Positions 24,801 through 38,299 of a stretch of 64,000 nucleotides of DNA are shown one piece after another. The position numbers and the translations under genes were made by a program. The DNA comes from Leptogorgia sarmentosa. Lineage: Eukaryota. Below the pieces are notes generated by a model. The model was given only the letters and a program-made list of their open reading frames with translations. It was not told where the DNA came from and did not search any database. Positions within the stretch are counted from its first letter, which is position 1. Each line of letters begins with the position of its first letter. The stretch covers positions 15,934,001 to 15,998,000 of the forward strand of contig OZ210885.1 of the NCBI GenBank assembly GCA_964658305.1, written 5' to 3'.

Positions 24801-27800
24801 TTCTCGAGAGGATCTTCTCAAAGGCATCTGGAGAACTAAGTAAACAGCTTCTTGTGCACTTATCTCAACAGCATTTAGAAACTTGTTACCAATATGTCTC
24901 ACCTTGTTAACAATATTCTTATTGCCTTCTTTTGCTTCTTCACATGCTTTACGAAGTAACTTACTCATTCCTCTCTGACCTTTAGTAATATATGTAAGGA
25001 TATAAACAGCACAAGCATAAGGATCTAGTACAAACTGAATATCCATGTTAGCTTGCCAAGCTTTGAGCAAGTTTGGATTGTAGCAGTTTATTCTAATTTC
25101 AGATGGCGATCGTTTTAATAACAGCGTACTGTGTTTGAGAGAAAGCCTTGTTGTAAAGCTGTTCTGATAAACCTAGCTTTTGAAGAAACTCAACAAAAGT
25201 CATGGTTTCATCTGCTTTGATAGAGTTTAATAACTCACGTATTCGTTCTAAAGCTTTCTTCAATATAGCCGCGACATTTTCATCAAGATCAATCACAGAT
25301 AAAGGCTCTAAAATCATAGTTCTTGGCATTGGTGGTAACGGAAAGTTAAATCTGCAAACGGCCTGACCTCTCTTCTTACACGTTTTAGAGTGCTTATGCC
25401 TTTGTAAATTTACGAGATCAGTTAAATCATCGGCGTCAGCTTTGCATGAAACATAACTATCGACAAACTCAGCAATATCTTCATCGGTATCTTTACCATA
25501 CTCAGGAGCATTTTTTATCCAGAATAAGCCATGGATATGTGGAGAACCTCTTTGCTGGAATTCGACGCGATAGAAAAAGTCAACAACTTCTCCAATTGGA
25601 TGACTTGGGCTTTTAATAATGTCGTGAATGAATAACTGTACCATATGCTCAAAATTTCGTGCACATGTGACTGGATCTTTCTGTATCAGTTCAGATTTTT
25701 TCTGCCATGTCATTTGTTTAATTTCATCATCACTATAATCTTTATTGTCTATAAGGCGGCCGAGAATTTTAATCAAATGAATCCACCGTGTTTCAGCTGC
25801 TGAAAATGAACAAAACCACGTAGGTTTACCAAGCTGGCGAATCATGGCAAATAGATCTTTTTTACACCTTTCAAAATATGGAGGTGATCCACGTAAATTT
25901 CTTAAAACTCTGAATCCTTCATCCAAATTTATTAACTTGTTGACACAACTTTCTGACTTTAAATCTCCAGCAGTGTATGTTTTACCTTTAGTTTTACACT
26001 TACGTAATGATAAACTTGCACTTCCTTGAATTTGTCTGATCTGTAATTTCTTAAGTTTGTAAAAAATGTTTGGCACAGACTGCGCGACTCTTCTATCTTT
26101 GCTTCGTAATTCCCATTTACACATTGTGCTATAATGAACAGGCACAAGTCTTTCACTGTTGTCAGCTTGACGTTTTCCACAATAAATAGTGGGAAATGAA
26201 AGAAATTCAGAATCTTTGTCTGTAAATATGCCAAGTGGTCTATTACCTTCTCCTGGTGCAAAGCTTATTATTCTATCACCATCTTGAGTAATGTCTGGTT
26301 CTTGCAATAATGTATCCATAACACCTGATGAACGTTCAGTTGTTTCACACCACTCATCGTCTGTATCATTGTCAATCAGGTCATTACTTGTATTTGTGTC
26401 AACTTCTTTCTGACTTTGTGCGTTCAAATTTTCAACAAAGTTTTCTGAAGGGTTCTTTCCATCATTGGAAATAAATTCTGCCCACTCGTTTTCATTATTA
26501 TCGACTTGATTTGGTACGTAACTATCCATTACTTGTATTCCTTCGTTTTTGAATATTTCACTGGTACGAACTAAATATTGAGCTGCTTCCAAAACTTTAC
26601 TAGGTCTAACATTCTGAAATTGATAATGGTGTTTGTAACCAAGGCGACGTTTTAATTTAATTGGAATTGTTTGTGATTCATTAATTGGTCTTGGTAATAC
26701 GCTTACAGTAGAATTAACATCAGCAGGCACATTAACTACATTTCCATGAATACTTAATTGGCCTCCTTTAGGCAGTTCTCGCACTTGCATAAAAGGTATT
26801 CTTGGCGAAATTAGCCTTTCTTCAAGAGGTGTTAAATCCTTTAAGACATCAGGCTTCTCTGGGAAACTCATTTTATTTGCCTTAGCACAAGTAGGAAGCT
26901 TGCCAGCTTTTAGGTTCGAGTGGCATGTATTACATATCCATTCAGTATTGTCAATACTTTTGAGACCAGTAAGGGATAAATTGAGAATTTCTCTTGAACA
27001 CGACTTATATAAAGAAGCATTACATTGAGTGACAGACGACCTATACCACAGCTGGTCACAACAAGTACAAATGTATTCTGGTCCAACACTAATGTTCTTA
27101 TGAAACAATTCAATGGCTTTCGGTATACTTGTTGACAACCTCGTATCATCAGAAGTTCCATGTAAAGTTGCAATTAAATTATCTTGAGAGTTACTTATTA
27201 ATCTCTTCTGTTTACTCTTATTTTCATTCTCTGTACAAGCTAGTTTTCTTTTATTATACTTTCTTTTATGAATATTTTGAACTCTTTCTGGATAGTTTTG
27301 ATTATAAATTCTGCTTGAGTTTTTAAATGATTCCACAACCTTTTCAGGATTTAAATTTCTGTATGACGCAGTAGCTCGCCTGCTAGATTCTTTAACTTTT
27401 TCAGGATTAATATGCATGTATGTTGCCTTGGCTCTCTTAACCTTCTCAGGATTTGATTTTCTGTTCGTTGCACTAGCTAGCTTTCTAGATTCTTTAACTT
27501 TTACAGGATTATTATGCATATATGTTGCAGTGCTCGTTTTAGAGGATTCTTTAACTTTCTCAGGATTTGACTTTCTGTATATTGCAGAGGCTTTTTGCCA
27601 AGATTCCTTAATTTTTTCAGGGTTTGAATTTTTATAGTTTTTATTATAAGTCTTTTTTCTTTCAAGTTCTTTCTTTTTGAATTTATTATGTTTTCGTCTC
27701 TCTTTCATATATTCTCTGATATATTTTTTCCTTTTGTCTGAATTTTTTACATTAGATTGACAATTCCGTGAGTTTGATGTGGTTTTAGCACTTGTCGTCT

Positions 27801-29649
27801 GATTTGTTTGTACAGAAAAAGATCGTGTGATAGGCGTAGTTGATACATAATGCAGTTCATCAAGATGACCTATGTAAATATCTCTCGCATTTCTCCCTTC
27901 AGGCTGAGTATAAATAGAGCTTACAATCGTTGACTCAGAAAAATTTAGTGCAGTTTCCGTGATATTAATTCGTAATTGATTCGTATTAGCAACTGCCTGT
28001 ATAATAATATGGTCTGCCCAAGTGCCAAGTGTCGACATATTTCGTAAATATTGCATCCATGATTGATCAGTGTTATATTCCACGAAATGTTCTGGACAGT
28101 TTATTAAATGTTGGATTGCAAGAGCTCGTATTTGTCGATGACGATCTTCAGTTCCGTAAAGTTGGTGACTTACACTACGAAAGAAGCAATTACCGTCACC
28201 TACAATGTTTACTGGCCTTCGTCCTATGCGAGCTAATCTTGTCGTCAACACTGACATATCTGAAGTATTTACAGGACCTGGATTCAACTCAATATCACCA
28301 CACACAAATAACAAACATTTATGAGACGTTTTTATTCTTTGCATATTGCATTTATTTGTCTGAACAATCTTAGCATTATTTAATTTAAACAATTTGTGTT
28401 TTCTTGTTCTGCTAGTATGCTTGTTAGTAATTATCAAACTTCTTTTAAGATATACATTCTTTGCAAACTTAGTAATTGTTGGCTTCCGAAATTGCCACAT
28501 GTTCGTATTTGTAGGTTTATGAATTACATATTTACGGTATCTTGTAGAGAGCAAATTATGCCAGCATGATGACTTAGGAATGAACTGCTTTATAAAACTT
28601 TTAATTCTACGCCTTCTTGTTTTATTTTTGGTCATTAAATGAACAAACTTTTTCATAGGAATTCTAGACGGTTCACGATCACGCTTTCTAGCATGTTTTG
28701 AATGTCTCATACATCGTGATCTACTTCGATCGAAAACGTAGGACTGATTAGAAGTCAGGTGCTTATTTTGTATTGTAAACGTGGATAAAAGTTCACCTTT
28801 TATATTCGGATTATAATCATTATTTAGCTGTGAACTAGCATCAATTGTTTCTTCTACATAATTGTGATGTGCTTTTAAAATACAAGTGTCATTGACCTTT
28901 GACAGTGTATTCCCAAGGTCATCGGCAGTTTGACAAATATTAATTAGCGTTTCACATAAGCATAGTTGTTTCACACATACAATTTTCATAGTTTCAGATA
29001 AGTTCACATAGTTTCTCATTAGATTTGATAATTTTTCACAAGATTTTAGCAGTTTCTCTTTCAATGGAACACGATTTTGCACCGTTGTGCTAGACCTGTG
29101 CACAAGGTCCGTGTCGATAACACGTGGGCTATCTCCTTGCCGTTTTCCTCGATTACATAAGGCTCGCTGGCAAGTGAAGCGAGTGGCGATAACACGCTGG
29201 CTATCTCCTTGCCGTTTTCCTCGATTACATAAGGCTCGCTGGCAAGTGAAGCGAGTGGCGATAGCACGCTGGCTATCTCCTTGCCGTTTTCCTCGATTAC
29301 ATAAGGCTCGCTGGCAAGTGAAGCGAGTGGCGATAACACGCTGGCTATCTCCTTGCCGTTTTCCTCGATTACATAAGGCTCGCTGGCAAGTGAAGCGAGT
29401 GGCGATAGCACGCTGGCTATCTCCTTGCAGTTTTCCTCGATTACATAAGGCTCGCTGGCAAGTGAAGCGAGTGGCGATAACACGTCGGCTATCTCCTCGT
29501 CTTTTGCTTTTGAATATAGCCCTCTGACGAGTCAAGAGGATTTCACAAATCGCGCAAGGTTTGCACTTCATCTTCTTCGACAAACAACTTGTTCTATGCC
29601 AAGTAACACAAGTCACAAATGATCTTGTCTGACAGCCGTATTGATTCAT
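21843..29649 (-). CDS. Helentron polyprotein OTU protease - Zn finger - HUH Rep - PIF1 helicase - AP endonuclease, one frameshift near 25100-25150
   Basis: OTU: GDGNCFFRSVS...HY. Rep: PTWFCSFSAAE, VEFQQRGSPHIH, HKHSKTC, CRFNFP. Helicase: SGGAGVGKS, FIDEVSM, GDLFQLKPV, TIHRCQG, YVALSR. EEP domain: FQNVRSL, ILGDFN, IDHIY, SDHKP. Confidence 0.93.
29115..29497. repeat. 72-bp tandem repeat (~5.3 copies) in the Helentron 5' region
   Basis: Period 72 (GCGAT at 29186, 29258, ...). It reads as a 24-aa unit RVIATRFTCQRALCNRGKRQGDSQ in the Helentron frame. Confidence 0.95.
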
Positions 29650-32339
29650 ATCGATCAGCTAGCCAATCATATTCAATATTCGCAGTGTGTTGCGCACATG
29701 CTGTGGTTGTTTATATGAACTTTGTCACCTCACGCAGCGCAAGTGAAAAATGTAATTTCCATATTTAGCGAGCCAATCACGTTCAATTATCCGAGCATGC
29801 TTTACACGTGCTATACTCGTGCGTATAACATGTCATTGAGATAAAATGCGTAAAAATTACAGGATTAATTACTTCGTTCGCGAAGCGCTTCGATTAGTTC
29901 GATGCATGTGTTTTACACCACTCATGTCTTACTCGCTACTTAACTCTGGTTTGTATAATTGAATACACTCACGACTGTGTCGGTGGTCAATGAACGCTCG
30001 AGTAAACGCGCGTATCGGCGTATGATGCCAACGAACGAGCTTGACACGTTTCAAAACGGCATGAATACTAAATCTAATTCGTATCTAATTATATCAGTGT
30101 TTGCTGTTTGATAGATGTATTCTTAATACTGTATGTATATTAGTAACGATGTAACCACTGACAAGTGTACCCTCATGCCAGACGGCAAACTGAAAATGTT
30201 TGCACATTTATAATATCCACGGCAGTAGTTGATAGTATGGGCTATGGCTATTTTTGTTCGTCACAAACCTATACATGTTTTCTAGATTCATCGCAGATAT
30301 TCAATTTACATTTTAATCGCTTTGGCAATATATTCACACATTGTCGAAACTTGCATGGCCACATATTACTGATTCAATGTCGCACTCCTTAGCGTCCGCC
30401 ATATTGTGTGCATAAATATTTCATCACCCGAACACGTGCTGACTTGCAATTTTCGAAAAAATCGAAATTCCGGAGGGGTTTTGTGGCATTGTGTACTATA
30501 ACTTGAGGCATCTTAGATCACATTACTTCTCTAGCTAACTTTCTTATCCATACGAATAACTTCAAACAATGATGAATAATAGTATAACGTTACAACTGGA
30601 TAAGATTTGTTCAAACATTGTAACGATATAAGTCAACTAAAGAGTTTCGCACATCAGAGAATCTGGGATACACCCCCCGGAAAGTTTACACTATGACTGA
30701 ATGATCCATGACTGATGTAAATTTTCGCCACTCATCACAATACTGCAAAGTTAAAACTTTGCACTAAAAATGTGGTATTTCAGTTAGTTAGCATTTGTAG
30801 TAGTTTTAATTTCGTCTTTTTTGCATTAACAGTTGTCAAGGCAAGTTCAAAATTGGATGTGGATGAGCTGAATGGGGATAGCACTTTCATCAACATACTG
30901 TCAGACATTGGAAACACTTCAATTTTATCTAAGTACAGTCTAACCGGTACCTATAGTATAAACATGGTTTTATCTAGTAATATTTCAAGGTGTGACCGTG
31001 TGAGTACAACTGTATTACCATTAAGTTGTTGTTCTTTTCTTTTAGCTTGAAAACAAGAATGAAATTGTGCAATGCATATTGTGCCATTTTGTTTTAAATA
31101 AACGTAAAGTTCTTCTGGACCAGTTGAAGGAGGGCCTTAAAATAAATGGTCTTTTGGACGAAATAACCGATCATCCTGACATTTTGGCACCATTGTTCAC
31201 ATGGACAGAGAATTTAGTGAATGCCAGTATTGTCAAAAGTAAACTCAGATTCCCTCCCTTATGTGGTGACCATGTTATGAAAGTTATGCTTCTACATTTC
31301 ATTGATGAGAGCAGTGAACAAGGTTAGTTACCACTGAACTCTCTGTCAGTAATTTGTGATGAATTTAGTTAAGGTTTTTTTCATTGCTTACACATTACCC
31401 AGAGTTTGCCACCAGCAAGGTATTAGCCAGGATTTCAATTGCTGAAATGTGGGCATGGCTACATGGTTTTTGTGGGCGTGGTCACATGTTTTGGGCGTGG
31501 CCTCGATTTTTTGTTGTCGTGGAATTGTGGTGTTCTACTAATTGAACCTTCTCACATTTAGTTTAGTTTTTTGAGCGTTTGACGCATCTTATAGCAATCT
31601 TTACCGTAAACTGTAAGTCTATAACTCTAAAACATGCAATCTCGAGGGGTAAAGCGATTGATGTTTTTTATGCAAGAATCAAGTAATTTTCATGTGAGAA
31701 TCCTTGAAATGTATGTTACAAAAACATTGCGCATTTGCCTACACCCCAGGTATACACTTCAAATTAGCCATGTTCAATGTCTTTTCGATGGGGAAAAGTG
31801 TGAAAACATATACAATGTACCATTAGTAAAGTAAACAGCAGAGGACAACAATTTGGAGTATTCAAGAAATTTTACAAAGCTTGTACTCAGAATGGTGCTA
31901 ATATTATTGGCTAATTCTTAATTTGTCATTTGTTTCAGAGCTTGAAGATTTTTTGGCATTTACAACTGGTGCTGTTGGTGTCACAGCTGTAGTGTCAATT
32001 GATATAAAATTTGATTCAACAGAAGGGGAAATTTTTGCTTCAGCTTGCACAAAAACCTTGCACCTGCCAAATCATGTTCCATTTTATGACCAATATAAAG
32101 AAGCCATGCAAACAGCAATAATGGATGATAGCCCATCATTTAATTCTCCCTGAAGGCCTGAATCAATAGACAAAACTATGAAACAATATGTTGCATTTGG
32201 TATTGAAATTCTTTGTGTTCATCATCATTGGTCCATTTGGTTATCTTTTTACCAGAGGCTAGATATATATCATAGAACAAGTGTTATGTCAACGCATAAT
32301 GAAAGTACAATTATGATTTGAAAACAGCTTAATTAATCA

Positions 32340-34212
32340 ATTTAATTAGGATCTTTGAATAATCTCCACCTTTACTTGTATTCAGTACCTCTATATTGAT
32401 GCTTGCAGAGAAGCCAGGACATCCAAGAGAATATCAATTCCATAGTTATCACTCTGTCTGGTTGGATTAATTAATTGTACAAGCTCTTGGTATCTTTCTC
32501 TGGAACATGGGTTGTTTGTGGGAGGAACAACAATGTTGTTTACTTCATCTGACTCTAATGGCACAGGATCGTCATAATCAATGCCATATGATTCTAAATC
32601 CTCCTAGATTAAAATTCAGTAATCAGTCAAGTGGACAGTCTGCTACTGAATAAATTAATTTAACCATGCACCCACTGTCAACCCTTTGAACTGCAGTGTG
32701 CTCCACTTTTGGTGTTTTACTGTCTGTCAGACTATTTTACTTGTCAAGTGGAGAGAGCTGCTGCTCAATGAGTGATTTTGTTTGATTAAAACACTCAATT
32801 TTCAAATTACTGATCAGATTTTATCATACTTACCTCCGGAACATTCCAAATAATCTAATTCAGTAAAACCATTTCCACGCATTCTTAGTAAGCCAAGGAT
32901 GTACAGCTGCATAGGTGTACGGTTTTCAGCAGTCCTAATATGGTGGTGAACATATCCTGCTTTCCAAAGGTCAAGATGATTATTTATTCTTGGCACATCA
33001 ACAAAATGCAATGCAAAAAAGTGCATTTCATTTGTTAGGTCAATAATTAAGGAATCTTCCAAGTGATAAAAGAGATGGTAATATATATATATATATATAA
33101 AACTCCATCAAAGACATCCCTCCATAATCGCTCAATCCTCTGATTGTGCACACTTTTGCCCACAATCATACTACCTCGACCTGGGCCTCTTAGTGGATGA
33201 TTGAGCATGAATATTGACACAAGGACATTTTCACCACCTTTGTCAGATCTTATTCTTGATGTTAATCTGTATTCGGCCACAGCGTCCTGAAACAATTGCA
33301 GCACGGTATCAGCTTGATTATTTGTACTACACTTCAAGTATACTGGTATGCGTGTATAGCCATCAACCCCTCCATGCACTACAATCCTCCATCTATACAA
33401 TTGAGATAATTAAGCATATTTTCATTTTGTACACTTTAAGCTTTCCATAAAATATGATTGATTTATAATTAGAAATTAATTACCGAATGAGTTTGTGATT
33501 GCCATCTATATGCCATAAGGAAAGAGGACCTCTAACACTGTACACCTGTCTAGGAGTGATTGACATCCATCTCATCGCCACACACCTTCAGGATCAGTCC
33601 TGTGCAATGAATCTCTAACTCTTGCCTGAGTGACTCTTATTGATCTCGACCTCAGCACAGAATAAATTCTTCGATATCCAGCATTTGGAAATTGTTCCTA
33701 CACACCTCTTACAAGTTCATATCAGTTAAGGCAGTGTTTTGGTCGCTTCGGATGGAAATACCATATTCTCTAAGCCGCCTTTTTATTGTACTTTGAGACA
33801 CTCCAAGGACATGTGCAATGTTTGGTACTGAGATGTCATATTCAAGCATATAGACCAGTTGTTCCCTGGTGATCACAAATGTCGGTCTTCCCACTGAGTT
33901 GCTTGTGGTTTGTTCTAAGATGCTTGGAAAAGATCTATTTTGTAAACTTAAATTTTGAAGCAAAGAAATAACATCTAAAATAGCATGAAAGGTTGTGTTA
34001 AATCTGTTGCCCATTCGAGCCAAGTGACCACATATTTGTTCTAAACGAAATATAACGAAGTCTAAAACGTTCTCGTCTGGGCTAGACTGCAATCTTCTAG
34101 AAAGATCAAGAAGGGTCTGTCTTAATCGTGATGAATACAAATTTACAACATTTGCCTCCGCTATTTTGTTGAAAATTCTTAGCATAATTAAATGAAGTTT
34201 TGATAATTTCAT
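32340..34212 (-). pseudogene. IS3EU-type integrase (unit 3), multi-exon, frameshifted
   Basis: GRPTFVITREQL and HTH IAHVLGVSQSTIKRRL, then [13 protein letters not shown]|intron|[21 protein letters not shown] and [15 protein letters not shown] frameshift falls in the (TA)n near 33080-33100. It is convergent with the HECT gene ending at 32153. Confidence 0.88.
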
Positions 34213-34307
34213 TATCCTCCCTCGAGATCTGTGGGCTCAATTCACCAAGGTTGCAAGACATTATCAAAGAATTTATATAATCGACGAATTCATTAAAAAT
34301 TGTTCTA

Positions 34308-34880
34308 CAGGGTGTCTCAAAAAAAAGGTAATCGAACTTTGGCATGCCATTGTGCGTTAATTACTGGGTGTACAAACGTGATTTTTGCATGGTCATAAAG
34401 ATCAAGGTCTTAGCAGTTGAATGACCTATTTCTTGTACGATATGGAAGAAAATCAGGCAAATGCGAGCGTGTTGAAAAACGCATTCTTTCACCTCTGTGC
34501 CTAATTAAAGCAGTGCATAACAAAAGAAAAATGCAATTCATCACGAATGTGTCATGGTAACAAAGATTTTATCAGAATTATTAATAATTATGCATAATCA
34601 GGTCGATTGTTGAAGGGAAGGTCGTCATCTTCGAGTCCCAGAGGGAGTTAATTTTGAATAAGTTTAGCTGCAATTCTCAGAGGTGAAAGAATGCGTTTTT
34701 CACCGAGATTTTTCAACACGCTCGCATTAGCCTGATTTTCTTCCATATCGTACAACAAATATGTCATTCAACTGCTAAGACCTTGATCTTTATGACCATG
34801 CAAAAATCACGTTCGTACACCCAGTAATTAACGCACAATGGCATGCCAAAGTTCGATTACCTTTTTTTGGAGACACCCTG
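34308..34880. mobile_element. Tc1/mariner-type MITE with ~170-bp TIRs and TA TSD
   Basis: TA|CAGGGTGTCTC...GAGACACCCTG|TA, with a long inverted match between 34308-~34478 and ~34711-34880. Confidence 0.92.
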
Positions 34881-36324
34881 TATAGTTACGTTTCGACAAA
34901 TTCGAATAATTAAAGGAATTTTTATTCGATAAATTCATGTATAAACGGCAAATTGTTATCCTTCGCGTAGAAATATCGATAAATTTACAACAGTATATTT
35001 TGAACCTAAAAAAGCGCCATACACCTCTTCCATGGATAATTTGCCAGACACCCTTTCTATTATAACAACAAAACCTTATAATTTAAAATATGAATGTTTT
35101 TGTTGACTTGATAAATTATTTAAATTTTTTAGGTTGTAATGTACGCATAAATTTGTTACAGCAACATCTTGGTTTTTGGAATATTATTTCATGAACAAAA
35201 TAAATACTTTCCTTCAAGCCCACTTTCAAATAACCCCCCCCCCTTATGATAAGTGTACATGCAAATTAGAGTTAACATCTATATAGCTTCCTCTGTGTGC
35301 TACTTAATAAAGTTGACAATTGTTTCTTTATGATGCAGCACCATAAGACAATAGGTCAATACGTACCTTTGTTTTCTTTATTGTAGAAATGCCTTCTGCA
35401 GAATTACATGAATAAATAAGATCTGGAGTCACGACTGGTTGCATTTGACGATCATGCATAATTTGTCTCTGTATACTTTCATCATCAACCAAGATGCAAT
35501 TTATAGAGCAAATGTTATGCAAAACAAAACATGCATATATCACATATGGGACATTTTCCAACTTCAAACTCATTCTGGTATTTAAAATTTGCCATCTGGC
35601 CTTCAAACAACCAAAAGCGCATTCGATTTGGTTTTGTGACGACCTTAACAAATTATTAAAAATAACCTCCTCATTGGCATTGCAAGTAGCAAATTCATTC
35701 ATACAGTACGGTACAGGGGCGGATCCAGGAGTGATCAGATCAATCACGCGACTAAGGTAAAAATCGGCCATAAAATTAATGAGTTAAATTATCAATCTTC
35801 GTGCAGTGTCTTGCCTAAAATGTTCAACTGTCCAGTTCTGAAATATCATCCAGTAGTTTAGCCTTCGAACATGAACAAGCAGAAAAGCGGTCTTACGCAT
35901 GAGTTTTGCGCGATTTAGGCCGATTCTAGCCATCTGATTGGCTGTGCTCAAATTTTGCACGATTTGTGGGGAGTCCTAATCGATGGAGTGATCAGGGGCA
36001 GAGATATATGCTTGCCCATCCCGGACAAAAATATCAATGAAACAATCAATGTCGATACGTCAATTCTGAAGTCGATATGTCAAAAATTCGAAGTCGATAT
36101 ACTTTGGAATCGAAGTTGACACATTAATATTGAAGTTGATGTATTCAAATATCGAATTCGATACGATTTGAAAAAATTCAAGTCGAATCTAAGATCATCA
36201 TAGGTCGACTTGATATAATTACGGAAGAATAATTATCATATTTCGACTCGAAAAAAATTGCCATGTATATGTATCATGTTACAATGTATACATTTACATA
36301 ATCATCATAATGTTTTTCTGAAAA

Positions 36325-37919
36325 ATGGCGACAAGATGGCTACCCAACATAGAAGAGTTTTTTGAATCATATTGTCGCGTGTTAACTGACGGTGGGAATC
36401 TTGCAGATGTAGAAGATGACAGAGCAGATTTTTTTGCCAGAAGAATTGAAGATTATGAGCAGACTGTACGTGTTTTAGCTGCAAGATTACTGGAAGCTAT
36501 ACCAAATGAACATTTATTGCATAATAATACATCACGACTTCTTCATATATCTGCCGATGTGAGGGCCAGATTACAAGATCGTGTTATGGAGCGAGAAAAT
36601 AGAGAGCTTGGACCTTTAGAGGAATCATTCCAAGCCCCAGTTGAACGGTCGGGTGTAAACCAAGGAAGGCCACGATTTGCTGTGAATGGAACAGACGCAA
36701 ACGACCTTCGTCGTTTAGGATTTTCGTGGGTAGATATCGCTCGAATGCTAGGTGTTTCCCCTAGGACACTCCGCAGACGGCGCCATGAGTCCTGTACCTT
36801 CGACGAATTTGGGTATTCTGACATCACTGATGCAGAATTGGACAATACCGTAAGAGGAGTTCTGCAGATCACTCCCCAAGCAGGACGAAATCTTGTTCGT
36901 GGAGCACTTCTTAGTCGAGGATTGCGTATACAAAGAAGACGTATAGAATCATCAATCTCCAGGGTTGACCCTGTCACAACTGCTTTAAGTCATCGAAGAA
37001 GAATAATCAGACGAATTTATAATGTCCCTTGTCCAAATTTCCTCTGGTAAATATATCAAAATGTTTATTTAATAACAATATATTGGCACTGTACTTATGC
37101 ATATTTATGATGAATGCGTTGTTTTATAGGCACATCGATGGGAATCATAAACTGATTACACCATACCGTATTGTTATCCATGGCGGGATTGATGGATATT
37201 CCAGGCTTATTGTATATTTACATGCGTCTAATAATAACAGAACAAACACGGTTCTTAGATTGTTCCAAGATGCTATTGCGAATTACAATATTCCATCTCG
37301 GGTAAGATCGGATTATGGAATGGAAAACATTGATGTTGGTAGATTCATGCTAGTTAACCGTGGGTTGAATAGAGGAAGTTTTATCACTGGGAGCTCAGTC
37401 AGAAATCAGAGAATTGAGAGACTGTGGAGGGAGACCAATCGCCTTATAGCTAGCCGATTTGTCAATATATTTCTCTACTTAGAACAGCAACATGTTTTCA
37501 ATCCTGATAATGAACTCCATCTATTGACGTTACACTTGGTATATTTGCCTCTTGTCAACAATGCTTTAAATGCATTTGTTGAACAATGGAACAGTCATCC
37601 AGTTACTTCAGCTTGCAACTATACACCTACACAACTTTGGGTGAGAGGATTGGTTGAAAGTCGAAACACAGATTGTTCAGCTGTTAATGATGTGCTTGTA
37701 GACAGGCAGGATTTTGAAGGTTTGGGTGTTGAGGAAGATGGACCAGTACCACAACTACAGTCTAGCAATAGTGTAGAAGTAGCAGAAATACCATTTCAAC
37801 TCACACAAGAACATGAATTGAGCGTGTTGGAAATCAGACAAAGATATTCAACAGATACAAATGGAATAACTTGTTACCTACAAGTTCTGCAATACCTTTC
37901 TTCTATTTTAGACACATAA
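36325..37919 (+). CDS. IS3/IS481-like DDE integrase, 2 exons (36325-37046, 37130-37919), apparently intact
   Basis: [27 protein letters not shown], and W|HIDGNHKL (D), [10 protein letters not shown] (D), [10 protein letters not shown] (E). An 83-bp GT-AG intron restores the Trp codon. Confidence 0.92.
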
Positions 37920-38299
37920 TATACAACACACATTTTGCATTAACACAGTACAGGGCCATTGTTAGAAAGAACCATTATATATTCATGTGTATATACATTC
38001 ATATATTCATGTTCACATGCCATACAAAATGCCGAAGAAATTTTTTGCTTTCAAAAGAAATTAGTAATTTAATGCAGAACATGAATATATAATTATCCAA
38101 TTATCATTGTAGTGATGGCCCTGACACTGTATTTCTAACTAAACAGTTTGTTGTAACTACAATCTTGTATTACATTACAGTTCATAGAAAGTAAACACTT
38201 TATATACTGTCGGAACATAACAAACTATTAAAAGATAACCTAAAACTATTTCCAGAATTAAAACTGTAAAAATGCCACATCACATCCCATAATAATCAG

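Larger units (their letters stand above)
20583..30766 (-). mobile_element. Helentron/Helitron2 rolling-circle element (~10.2 kb)
   Basis: 13-bp asymmetric inverted repeats TAGTGCAAAGTTT (20598-20610) and AAACTTTGCACTA (30754-30766), and a terminal hairpin TGCAAAGTT-AA-AACTTTGCA (30744-30763). Both ends lie in A/T runs and a Rep-helicase-endonuclease ORF lies inside. Confidence 0.88.
18965..32153 (+). pseudogene. HECT E3 ligase gene with a CUE-like exon (cargo of IS3EU-like unit 3), with a Helentron in one intron
   Basis: CUE-like QNIFPNLEHAVLSAACTEANEDINKAVDIVL (~19315-19410). HECT motifs AIDT.GVCREFF...RLFEG...GKMIANSVSQCG (~20245-20570), LDQLKEGL (31067-31321) and FLAFTTGA...FASACTKTLHLP (31940-32153). 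Stops and frameshifts are present. Confidence 0.75.

Noticed and set aside
29524..29550. CTGACGAGTC as a hammerhead core
   Set aside because: No GAAA follows a closing helix II, and there are no flanking helices.
34885..35021. TCGA(C/T)AAATT repeats ending in GCGCCATA as a TIR of IS3EU-like unit 3
   Set aside because: It is a plausible single end, but no partner TIR or TSD was found, so I did not call a bounded element.
36543..36977. Antisense or overlapping ORFs in the track (e.g. 36543-36977, 4677-5162, 57361-57918)
   Set aside because: They are shadows of real coding regions or chance ORFs, with no recognisable motifs.
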